A DNA stretch of 43,377 nt from an uncultured Candidatus Saccharibacteria bacterium. GTDB lineage: Bacteria; Patescibacteriota; Minisyncoccia; UBA11713; 2-01-FULL-45-33. Location: NCBI GenBank assembly GCA_964422785.1, contig CAYRCJ010000001.1, positions 1 through 43,377 of the forward strand. The letters run 5' to 3'. A model generated the notes under the pieces. The model ran no database searches. It was given only the letters and a program-made list of their open reading frames with translations, and was not told the DNA's origin. Position numbers and translations under genes: made by a program. This document shows positions 1 to 8,251 of the stretch, piece after piece (position 1 is the first letter of the stretch; the number at the start of each line of letters is the position of its first letter).

Positions 1-1
1 T

Positions 2-1528
2 ATCGGCGGGATGACGCTTGCTCCAGGACTCTACAAGTGGAGTACCGACGTTACAATACCAACCAATGTTACTCTCTCCGGTGGCGCAAATGACGTTTGG
101 ATATTCCAAATTGCAGGGGATCTTAGCATTGCCTCCGGCGGTAGCGTTCCCGCTGGTATCAAAGTGGTACTTTCCGGAGGAGCCCAAGCTTCTAATGTTT
201 TCTGGCAGGTTGGCGGTCCTACCGGCGCAACCCTCGGAACATATTCTACGTTCAATGGAAATATATTGAGCGCGAAACAGGTTATCATACAAACCGGCGC
301 GGTATTAAATGGCAGAGCGCTGGCACAATCTCAAGTTACGCTCGATGCCAATACTGTTTCTCTTCCCGTCGTCGCTCCTCTTCCCGCTACCCTTCATGTC
401 GAAAAAGTTGTTGTTAACTCGAGTAGCGTAGGCACAGCAGTCCCTTCCAACTTTACCTTGCATGTAAAGAGCGCCGGCGTGGATGTTTCCGGAAGCCCGG
501 CTGCCGGAACTTCATTACCGGGAACTTCTTATTCGCTTTCCGCCGGCACATACGTAGTAAGTGAAAATACCAATACCTCGTATACGCAAATATTCAGCGG
601 AGATTGCAATTCTAGCGGCAGCATAACTCTCGCTCCGGGCGACGACAAGCTTTGTACGATAATTAACACGGATATTCCGTTGCCGGTTCCTCCACCCCCT
701 CCGCCGCAGCCTTCAGGTGGCAATGGTGCCGGTAGTTATCCAGCTCCGCTTATCAATCTCACAAAAATACCCAGTCCCTTAGCCCTTCCTTCAGGACCTG
801 GTTCGGTAACCTACACATACACAGCAACCAATGTAGGACCTGTGGCTATGAATGATGTGGGTGTAACAGATAACAAATGTGATTCAGTAAAATTTGTTTC
901 AGGAGACACCAACAATGATTCAATGCTTGATAGGGGCGAATCATGGATATATACCTGTACTAAAACAGTCTCTAAAACTGAAACAAACACAGCTACCGCT
1001 CACGGCCGAGCTAATAGTTACGATGCCTACGATGTTTCTACCGCTACTATTGTTGTGGGAGTGCCCGTAGTGCCTCCGTTGATCCATGTGGTAAAGAAAC
1101 CAGACCTATTTATTCTTCCTGCCGGCGGTGGAGCAGTTACTTACTCCTACACCGTAACTAACCCAGGCACAGCTCCATTGAGCGAGGTCAGTATTACTGA
1201 TGACAAATGTACCGGTTTGCCCGGCAGAGTTGTGGGGCATCCTGGAGATCTTAACAATAATAACTTGCTTGAAAGCAACGAATCATGGTCTTTCACTTGC
1301 CAAACCAATATTAAAGAGACCACAACAAACATCGGTACTGCCACAGGTCATGCAAATGGATTGACTGCTGTCGACCTTTCACCTGTTACTGTTGTTGTAT
1401 CGGCACCCGGCCTTCCGAATACCGGAATTGGCGATGGTAGCAGTGTCCCGTGGAACGTAATTATTCCGGCCGGTGTTCTTCTTATCCTGTCCTCTCTCTA
1501 CTTAGCCAGAAAGAAATTGACAGTTTAA
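2..1528 (+). CDS. Cell-wall-anchored surface protein, 5'-truncated by the window edge. It has an ice-binding-like (DUF3494) beta-helix domain, a prealbumin/SpaA-like domain, a Pro-rich linker, two DUF11-type repeats and an LPNTG sorting signal.
   Basis: The frame is open back to nt 2. The motif series GANDVWIFQIAG / NVFWQVGG / NGRALAQ..VTLD is typical of DUF3494. A PPPPPPQP linker follows. Two ~100-aa repeats (VTYTYTATNVG.., VTYSYTVTNPG..) are present. LPNTG lies at nt 1412-1426, followed by a hydrophobic span and an RKK tail. Confidence 0.8.
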   Translation: MGGMTLAPGLYKWSTDVTIPTNVTLSGGANDVWIFQIAGDLSIASGGSVPAGIKVVLSGGAQASNVFWQVGGPTGATLGTYSTFNGNILSAKQVIIQTGAVLNGRALAQSQVTLDANTVSLPVVAPLPATLHVEKVVVNSSSVGTAVPSNFTLHVKSAGVDVSGSPAAGTSLPGTSYSLSAGTYVVSENTNTSYTQIFSGDCNSSGSITLAPGDDKLCTIINTDIPLPVPPPPPPQPSGGNGAGSYPAPLINLTKIPSPLALPSGPGSVTYTYTATNVGPVAMNDVGVTDNKCDSVKFVSGDTNNDSMLDRGESWIYTCTKTVSKTETNTATAHGRANSYDAYDVSTATIVVGVPVVPPLIHVVKKPDLFILPAGGGAVTYSYTVTNPGTAPLSEVSITDDKCTGLPGRVVGHPGDLNNNNLLESNESWSFTCQTNIKETTTNIGTATGHANGLTAVDLSPVTVVVSAPGLPNTGIGDGSSVPWNVIIPAGVLLILSSLYLARKKLTV

Positions 1529-1572
1529 CAGAAGATTGAAAATAGTTGATAAATTTTTTCGCTCTCTCAACA

Positions 1573-1615
1573 AGAGCCAGGCCAAATCTGGCCTGGCTCT
1601 TTTGACGATTTTTTT
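1573..1615 (+). terminator. Rho-independent terminator of the LPNTG protein gene
   Basis: An 11-bp perfect stem agagccaggcc (1573-1583) / ggcctggctct (1590-1600) with a 6-nt loop, followed by a T-rich tract. Confidence 0.7.
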
Positions 1616-1679
1616 CTTTTTAATAATTATTTTATTTAGAAAACCTGTTTTATTTGCGACTAATCAAACTCCAAAAAAA

Positions 1680-2081
1680 ATGAGTTACTACACCAACATA
1701 GTTAATGACGCGAAAGAGAACACAAATTTCCGCCGAGTTTTGTTTACCGGCCAGAAAAGCCAGTTGGTGGTGATGAGTATCCCGCCTGGCGGCGAAGTCG
1801 GAGAAGAAACGCATAAGTATACCGAACAAACGCTTTTTTTTCTTTCAGGAACAGGCGAGGGTGCGCTTGATGACAAAAAGTTCCCGATCGGCCCGGGAGA
1901 TGTTGTTGTTGTAGTCCCCGGCACTAAGCATAATTTTCGTAATACCGGAAAGGAAAATTTAAAAATCTACACCGTCTACGCTCCTCCAAATCACATCGAT
2001 GGCCGAGTACATAAAACCAAGGCTGACGCCGATGCCGACACGGCAGACGAAGCGGTTGGCGAATCTCCAAATTTGAAATAA
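1680..2081 (+). CDS. Cupin-domain protein
   Basis: Cupin-type motifs are present (PPGGEVGEETHKYTEQTLFFLSG ... GPGDVVVVVPGTKHNFRN). I moved the start from TTG 1536 to ATG 1680 because 1573-1600 is the upstream terminator hairpin. Confidence 0.7.
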   Translation: MSYYTNIVNDAKENTNFRRVLFTGQKSQLVVMSIPPGGEVGEETHKYTEQTLFFLSGTGEGALDDKKFPIGPGDVVVVVPGTKHNFRNTGKENLKIYTVYAPPNHIDGRVHKTKADADADTADEAVGESPNLK

Positions 2082-2086
2082 AATCT

Positions 2087-2692
2087 ATGCAATCAAAAAT
2101 CTCGTTAAAGCAAATATTGTTGGCTCTATCAGCGCTTTCTCTGGCGCTTATTTTTTATTTTACCTCAAAGAGTCCGGTTCAAAACAGCCCGGTGCAATTT
2201 GCGAAAAACACCACTGCTTTTTATGGACAAGAAAAAATAAATTCCGGGTTGCCGGTGCGTTTTAAGATTCCCAAAATAGATATTGATACTTCCGTCGAGC
2301 ATGTCGGTCTTACCTCCGGCGGGGCGATGGACATACCCAAAGGGCCGGACGATGTAGCCTGGTTTGATCTTGGCGCTCGCCCTGGAGATGTTGGCAGCGC
2401 AATTATTTCCGGGCATTACGGCTGGAAAAATGGCATACCGGCGGTATTTGATAATTTACATAAATTGCAGAAGGGAGACAAGGTATATGTTGAAGATGAA
2501 AAAGGAAAGACCAACGCTTTCGTGGTGCGAGAATTTCGGACGTATAGTCAAAATGATTACGCTCCGGAAGTTTTTAGCTTAATGGATAGAAAGGCGCACC
2601 TTAATCTGGTTACTTGCGAAGGAGTTTGGGATAAGGCTCAGAAAAGTTATTCCAATAGATTCGTAGTATTTACCGATAAAGAAATTAAATAG
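2087..2692 (+). CDS. Sortase-family transpeptidase with an N-terminal membrane anchor
   Basis: An N-terminal TM segment is followed by the catalytic His context AIISGHYG, the Cys motif LNLVTCEG and a downstream Arg (NRFVVF). Confidence 0.85.
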   Translation: MQSKISLKQILLALSALSLALIFYFTSKSPVQNSPVQFAKNTTAFYGQEKINSGLPVRFKIPKIDIDTSVEHVGLTSGGAMDIPKGPDDVAWFDLGARPGDVGSAIISGHYGWKNGIPAVFDNLHKLQKGDKVYVEDEKGKTNAFVVREFRTYSQNDYAPEVFSLMDRKAHLNLVTCEGVWDKAQKSYSNRFVVFTDKEIK

Positions 2693-3452
2693 CGTCAGTG
2701 AATATTACCAGCCTTTGGCTATAGCTTAATTTGTCCGGATTCCATGCGCCTTCACAGGTAATAAGATTAAGATGAACGCCGCCGTCTCCGGATCTAAAAA
2801 CATCAGCGGCGTCCGCCGCCGGATCGTAACTGCGGATCTCACGGACCATGAAGGTGATGAACGCTCCTTTGTCGTTTAAAATATAGAGAGTGTCCCCCGG
2901 GCGCAATTCGTTTAAATTACTAAACACACCGAGTTTTGTTAATACGCCTCCTCGTATCTGGGCAACATGTCCGGTGACGATGGCGTTGCCTTTTTCTCCG
3001 GGGTGCGGACTGCCCGTAAACCATCCCACGTCAAAAATATTGTTCGGTATTTCCATTGTTCCATCGGATTTGAGGCCATTGTATTGGAAGCTTGCGTCGA
3101 TTGCGAGCTTTGGAATTTTTAGACGCACCGGCAGGCCAGTGGGCTGGGTGGTAGATCCGTTTTCGCTCTTTAAAATGGCTATACTTGTGGGGCCGAAAAA
3201 ACCGCTTGAATAGATGCCAACTTTTGCTTGCCATACCCGAAGCGCTTCCTTCGTAAGTGGACCGAAGTAGCCGGTTGGGGCAACAATTTTTAGAAAACCG
3301 CCTTCAATTAAAAACTGCTGCAGGGCGGATACCTCATCTCCATGAATTCCGATTGTAAGATTATGCGTGAATGTAAAACTTTTGGCGCTATTTCCGGCCG
3401 CAGAAACAGAGATCAACAACCCAAAGAGCCATATTTTATTTGATATTTTCAT
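2685..3452 (-). CDS. Sortase-family transpeptidase fused to an N-terminal peptidoglycan-binding (PG_binding_1-like) domain
   Basis: A signal/anchor segment is followed by GDEVSALQQFLIEGGFL...GYFGPLTKEALRVWQ (PG_binding_1 pattern). The sortase core follows: AIVTGHV, LNLITCEG and RLVIF. The core is a clear paralog of 2087..2692. Confidence 0.85.
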   Translation of the reverse strand: MKISNKIWLFGLLISVSAAGNSAKSFTFTHNLTIGIHGDEVSALQQFLIEGGFLKIVAPTGYFGPLTKEALRVWQAKVGIYSSGFFGPTSIAILKSENGSTTQPTGLPVRLKIPKLAIDASFQYNGLKSDGTMEIPNNIFDVGWFTGSPHPGEKGNAIVTGHVAQIRGGVLTKLGVFSNLNELRPGDTLYILNDKGAFITFMVREIRSYDPAADAADVFRSGDGGVHLNLITCEGAWNPDKLSYSQRLVIFTDAI

Positions 3453-3474
3453 GACATAATAATACTATAAAAGC

Positions 3475-4089
3475 ATGGAGGATAAAAAAATTAATGCCGA
3501 TGAGTTATGGGAGATTGCCTGGACATATATTAGGACTGTCGTGGATACCGTGCGGGAGCCTTTTCTAGTTCTTGATAAAGACCTGCGGGTTCTCTCGGCC
3601 AACAAAACTTTTTATGTGACTTTCCAGACTATTCCCGAAGAAACAGAGGGGAAACTGGTCTATAACTTGGGAAACGGGCAATGGAATATTCCCAACTTAA
3701 AAATATTACTCGAAGATATTTTGCCAAAAAATACCCATTTTGAAGATTTTAAAGTTGAGCATGATTTTCCAAAAATAGGGCTTAAGATCATGATGCTTAA
3801 TGCCCGCCAGGTCCATACGATAGAGGACAAAACAAAACCGATCATGCTTCTGGCCATGGAAGATATTACCAAGCAGATACAGCTTGAGGATAGAATGAAA
3901 GAATTTACAAAAGAACTAACGGTAGAAGTTGCCAAGAGAACGGCAGAATTGGAAGAGCGCGTGGAAGAATTGGAGCGACTGAATAAAACTATGATCGGGA
4001 GGGAATTAAAAATGGTGGAGCTTAAAAAAGAAATCGAAGATTTGAAAGAACAGGTCAATAAAGGCAACGGAAATCATAAAAATGGCTGA
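3475..4089 (+). CDS. Cytoplasmic PAS-domain protein with a C-terminal coiled coil
   Basis: The PAS-like block is REPFLVLDKDLRVLSANKTFYVTF...GNGQWNIPNLKILLEDI...MLNARQV. A heptad-rich tail follows (ELEERVEELERLNK..). Its stop overlaps the kinase start by 8 nt. Confidence 0.7.
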   Translation: MEDKKINADELWEIAWTYIRTVVDTVREPFLVLDKDLRVLSANKTFYVTFQTIPEETEGKLVYNLGNGQWNIPNLKILLEDILPKNTHFEDFKVEHDFPKIGLKIMMLNARQVHTIEDKTKPIMLLAMEDITKQIQLEDRMKEFTKELTVEVAKRTAELEERVEELERLNKTMIGRELKMVELKKEIEDLKEQVNKGNGNHKNG

Positions 4090-5665
4090 TTCAAAAATTT
4101 CCGCCTGGGGAGCAATGTTGGCGGTTCTGACTGTACTTATTGTGTTTTTTGTTTTGACCCGCAAAAGCAAGCTGGGGAAGATAAAAACCAAATTAAAATT
4201 AATACTAATTGTAGTTTTTTTGGGAGGCGTAGCCGGAGCGGGGTATTATTTTCTACTGTTGCCCCCTCACAACCAAGTTAAGCTATTTGGCGTGAATTCT
4301 CCGGTACCGGAGTTTCCATCAACCGGATCCGGCCCAGTTACTCAAATTTTCATCCAATTTCTAAAAAATTTATATAAAACTCCAATATACGGGCTAATTA
4401 CCTCTTCTTTTCTATTTTTTATTATTTTTATGGCCTTTAAAATTATCAGGCCGGATAGGAGGCAAATAGAGAAAGATTTGAAAGATGCAAAGATGGCCGC
4501 CCGAAATGTCCTTGAAGATCTTCAGGCGGAGAAAATAAGGCTTGCTGAAGCGAAGGCAAAAGACGATGCACTGCTAGAGAGTATTGGAGAGGGCGTGGTT
4601 GCTACCGACCAAGCCGGCAAAATGATCATAATGAACAAGGCCGCGGAAGATCTTCTGGGATTCACAAGTCTGGAAATAATGGGGAAGTCATTTGTCGAGG
4701 CAGTTTCTTTGGAAGATGTGGAGGGCAAACAGATTCCCAATACACAGCAACCCATAACTATGGCTCTGACTTTAAGCAAGGCCACAACCGCCACTTACTA
4801 TTTTGTCCGCAAAGACGGAACAAAATTTCCTGTATCAATAACCGCCACACCGGTTCTTCTCGACGCAAAACCAACGGGAGCAATAATTGTATTTCACGAT
4901 ATTACAAAAGAAAAAGAAATTGATAAAGCCAAAACAGAATTCGTTTCTCTGGCATCGCACCAGCTCCGGACGCCGCTTACCGGTATTGAATGGACAACCG
5001 AACTTTTTGCAAAAAAAGAAAAATTAACGGAGGAAGGCAAAAGATACCTCAGTGATATTCGTTTTTCAGCGAAGCGCTTGGGCACACTGGTAAAACTTCT
5101 ATTAAATGTCTCGCGAATTGAGTCCGGGAAGCTTGCCGTTAGTCCGGAGCCGTTGGAATTGGTTGAATTTATCAATGAATACGTCCATGAGCGCCAAATG
5201 TTTTACGGGAAGAAAAAAGTATCTCTTATTTTTGAAACGCATCCCGCAGAACTTCGCATTACCACTGATAAAAATTTGCTAGGTTATATTTTAAGAAATC
5301 TTGTTTCAAACGCCATTGATTATACGCCGCCGCAGGGGAGTGTTGAGATATCGGTGAAAAAAAAGAAAGATACTGTGCTTATTACGGTTCAAGATACGGG
5401 CATCGGCATACCCAAAAAAGAGTCGGGGCGTATTTTTCAAAAATTTGTTCGCGCCTCGAACGCGGTAATTACGAAGCCCGACGGCACCGGACTCGGCCTA
5501 TATATTGCGGCGGAGGCGGTAAAACTTTTGGGTGGAAAAATTTGGTTTGAGTCCGAGGAGGGGCACGGTTCCACTTTTTTTGTTGAAGTTCCTTTTGTAT
5601 CACATGCTCGCCCGGGAGAAAGGGGGCTGGTTTTGGAGAGTCAGTTAGCTCATCCAAAGGAATAG
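4082..5665 (+). CDS. Membrane sensor histidine kinase (TM segments, PAS, HisKA, HATPase_c)
   Basis: Several N-terminal hydrophobic segments are followed by a PAS block (GEGVVATDQAGKMIIMNKAAEDLLG). The H-box is SHQLRTPLTGI, the N-box NLVSNAIDYTP, G1 DTGIGIP and G2 GTGLGL. Confidence 0.9.
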   Translation: MADSKISAWGAMLAVLTVLIVFFVLTRKSKLGKIKTKLKLILIVVFLGGVAGAGYYFLLLPPHNQVKLFGVNSPVPEFPSTGSGPVTQIFIQFLKNLYKTPIYGLITSSFLFFIIFMAFKIIRPDRRQIEKDLKDAKMAARNVLEDLQAEKIRLAEAKAKDDALLESIGEGVVATDQAGKMIIMNKAAEDLLGFTSLEIMGKSFVEAVSLEDVEGKQIPNTQQPITMALTLSKATTATYYFVRKDGTKFPVSITATPVLLDAKPTGAIIVFHDITKEKEIDKAKTEFVSLASHQLRTPLTGIEWTTELFAKKEKLTEEGKRYLSDIRFSAKRLGTLVKLLLNVSRIESGKLAVSPEPLELVEFINEYVHERQMFYGKKKVSLIFETHPAELRITTDKNLLGYILRNLVSNAIDYTPPQGSVEISVKKKKDTVLITVQDTGIGIPKKESGRIFQKFVRASNAVITKPDGTGLGLYIAAEAVKLLGGKIWFESEEGHGSTFFVEVPFVSHARPGERGLVLESQLAHPKE

Positions 5666-5683
5666 TGTATAATAGATTCATAT

Positions 5684-6091
5684 ATGAACACGCAAAAAAT
5701 AGTTTTAGTTGAAGATGATGAAATTTTATCTAAGGTATTGTGCGCCGAGCTAACTGACGCCGGCTTTGAAGTATCACAAGCATTTGACGGAGAAGCGGGC
5801 TTGGAAATGACGCGCTCCAAGCATCCGGATTTGGTACTTCTTGATCTGGTTCTTCCAAAAAAGCACGGGTTTGAAGTATTGGAGGAGCTCAAAAAATCTC
5901 CGGAAACAGAAAGTATCCCGGTGATTATTCTTACGCTTCTTGGAGAAGACGAAGATATTAAAAAGGGTTTGCGGCTCGGCGCAAATGATTATTTGGTAAA
6001 ATCAAGCCACGCGGTCGGCGAGATTATAGAGAAGATAAAAAACTTTTTTGCGAAAGAATCGCATCCAATAGGAGCGGAGCCAACTTTATGA
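5684..6091 (+). CDS. Stand-alone response-regulator receiver (CheY-like, no output domain)
   Basis: The REC signature is VLVEDDE ... DLVLLDLVLPKKHG ... PVIILT ... GANDYLVKS. At 135 aa there is no room for an effector domain. Confidence 0.9.
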   Translation: MNTQKIVLVEDDEILSKVLCAELTDAGFEVSQAFDGEAGLEMTRSKHPDLVLLDLVLPKKHGFEVLEELKKSPETESIPVIILTLLGEDEDIKKGLRLGANDYLVKSSHAVGEIIEKIKNFFAKESHPIGAEPTL

Positions 6092-6471
6092 AAAAGAAAA
6101 TAGTTTTAATTGAGGATGATAAAATACTCTCCGAGACGCTCAGTAGCGGCCTAAATGATGCCGGCTTTGATGTCTTAAGGGCGTATGACGGCGAGGAGGG
6201 GCTGAAGTTGGCAGAGAGCGAGAAGCCGGATCTTATTTTGCTGGATATCCTTCTTCCCAAAATTGACGGCTTGGCCGTTGCCAAAAAATTAAAAAGCGAT
6301 CCGTTAACAACAGATATTCCAATTATTATTCTCACTGTTCTTGAGCAAAATGAATCGGTGGCCGCGGCGCTAGATAGCGGTGTGTACGAGTATATTGTAA
6401 AATCCAATGTCAAGATTGAAGAAATTGTCGCTAGAGTGAAAGAAAAGCTCGAGAACTCCTGGGAAAGATAA
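6088..6471 (+). CDS. Stand-alone response-regulator receiver (second copy)
   Basis: The REC signature is VLIEDDK ... DLILLDILLPKIDG ... PIIILT ... YEYIVKS. It shares a 4-nt ATGA overlap with the preceding receiver gene. Confidence 0.9.
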   Translation: MKKKIVLIEDDKILSETLSSGLNDAGFDVLRAYDGEEGLKLAESEKPDLILLDILLPKIDGLAVAKKLKSDPLTTDIPIIILTVLEQNESVAAALDSGVYEYIVKSNVKIEEIVARVKEKLENSWER

Positions 6472-6478
6472 CGCCACT

Positions 6479-8251
6479 ATGAAAAAATTGTTCATAAATA
6501 TTTTTCGGGGCTTAATGGGAATCAGTCTGGTATTTGTTGCGGCCGGAATTGCTCAATATGCGTATGCGGCAGGCATGGTGGTAGTTACTCCGAGTACTCC
6601 GGACTGGTGGTTTTTTGAGGAAACTCCAACCGGCTCCGGAACTTTTGTTTACGGTCCGTCCACGCCTCCGCTTGGCGGAGGGAGCGCCCAGCTCACAGTC
6701 AACGGCACCGGAGGGGTAATTTTTGGAACATTTGCTTTTGCGGGCACCAGACTTGATGCGATCACGTCTCTTGCGTACAGCACTTACCGAGCTTCCGGCG
6801 GAAGCGCTCTTGCCGCGTCTCTTCAATTGGATATCGATACCAATGTCACGGATGCCAACACAGCATGGCAGGGGAGGCTTGTGTACGAACCATATTATAC
6901 GCACGCCGTTCAGACGGGAGTGTGGCAGACATGGAATCCGCTCGACAACGCCGGCACCGGCAATTGGTGGTTTACCGGTGCGCCTGGAAATGCGGTGTGC
7001 ACAATCAATAATCCGTGTACATGGTCAGAACTTCGCGCCGCCTTTCCAAATGCGGGCATTCGTTCTGCGGGAGTAAACACCGGGGCTCTTCAATTTAAGG
7101 CCGGCGGCGGCTGGAGTGGCGGTTTTGTAGGGAGCGTTGACGCGTTTAGTATCGGTATAAATAATGTGGCAACAACCTATGATTTTGAATTACCTTTTAC
7201 AGTCCCCACAACTACATCGGTTAGCCCTTCTTCTAAGGGCACGGGCGATTCAGCTTTTACCATTACTGTAAACGGTACAAATTTTTTTCCTTCGTCGGTA
7301 GTTCAGTGGAACGGTTCGAATCGCGTCACAACTTTTATTTCTTCTACGCAACTTACCGCGTCTATTCTTTCTTCGGATCTTTCTGCCGCCGGCACTTTTT
7401 CCATTACTGTCGTGAATCCAACCCCCGGCGGTGGTACTTCCAACACGCAGACAGTAGCTGTGACAACTCCGGCAACAACACCCAATCCGGAATCTAGTGA
7501 GGGAGGCAGCAAGGTCGCTCCAACAAGTGTAATTATTTCCGGGCGGGCGTATCCGGGAAGCACAATCGAACTTTTGAGAAAAAGCATCCAAGACGAAACA
7601 TATAGGAATACTCCGGAAGCAATTTCCACTGTATCGGCTGACGGAATTTTTAGAATACAGCTTACCGCTCTTTTGCAAGGACAGTACTTATTTGCTCTCC
7701 GAGCCGTAGATAAAGACGGAAGAAAGACCGGTGTTATCGCGTTTAACACGGATTTATCAAGTACCGATAATTTGGAAGCAAGGGATATTTTTGTCCCTCC
7801 AACCGTTGATTTTGAGAAAGCGGTTGTGGCGCTTGGCAAAGATATAAAAATTCAGGGATACGCCTTCGCTGGAGATAAGATTGATATCGATATAGATGGT
7901 ATAATGAAAGGAGCGGCCACAGCGGACAAAAATGGTTTTTGGTCATATGCGACAAGCACTCGGCCCTTCAGAATCGGAGATCATTACGCGCGCGCGAGGC
8001 AAACTGATGCGAGCGGCAAGGGAAGTGAATTTTCCATTTCTCGCACGTTTCGTGTTTCTCTACTTACTTTCCCGAAAGCGGATTTTAGCGGCGATGATAA
8101 AGTCGATATCACCGATTGGAGTATTTTTCTTTTCCGATGGAATTCAACAGACAAGGACTTAAGAAGCAAAATCGATATTAATGATGACGGAAAAATAGAT
8201 ATCTCCGATTTTAGTATTTTTTTACAAGCAATAAATAATAACAATGAATAA
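6479..8251 (+). CDS. Secreted multidomain protein: unknown ~230-aa N-domain, IPT/TIG-like domain, two Ig-like domains and a C-terminal type-I-like dockerin
   Basis: A signal peptide is present (..AQYAYAAG). The TIG-like block is VSPSSKGTGDSAFTITVNGTNF..VQWNG. The C-terminus carries duplicated Ca-binding segments DFSGDDKVDITDWSIFL and DINDDGKIDISDFSIFL (nt ~8036-8251). Confidence 0.75.
   Translation: MKKLFINIFRGLMGISLVFVAAGIAQYAYAAGMVVVTPSTPDWWFFEETPTGSGTFVYGPSTPPLGGGSAQLTVNGTGGVIFGTFAFAGTRLDAITSLAYSTYRASGGSALAASLQLDIDTNVTDANTAWQGRLVYEPYYTHAVQTGVWQTWNPLDNAGTGNWWFTGAPGNAVCTINNPCTWSELRAAFPNAGIRSAGVNTGALQFKAGGGWSGGFVGSVDAFSIGINNVATTYDFELPFTVPTTTSVSPSSKGTGDSAFTITVNGTNFFPSSVVQWNGSNRVTTFISSTQLTASILSSDLSAAGTFSITVVNPTPGGGTSNTQTVAVTTPATTPNPESSEGGSKVAPTSVIISGRAYPGSTIELLRKSIQDETYRNTPEAISTVSADGIFRIQLTALLQGQYLFALRAVDKDGRKTGVIAFNTDLSSTDNLEARDIFVPPTVDFEKAVVALGKDIKIQGYAFAGDKIDIDIDGIMKGAATADKNGFWSYATSTRPFRIGDHYARARQTDASGKGSEFSISRTFRVSLLTFPKADFSGDDKVDITDWSIFLFRWNSTDKDLRSKIDINDDGKIDISDFSIFLQAINNNNE

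Noticed and set aside
1536-1679. TTG-initiated N-terminal extension of the cupin gene, and similarly 11877-11966 for the wHTH gene and 27214-27231 for the small ORF.
   Set aside because: The cupin and wHTH extensions are translated from terminator hairpins or T-runs of the upstream genes. Internal ATGs (1680, 11967 and 27232) give normal proteins; only 27232 is preceded by an SD (ggaggtg).
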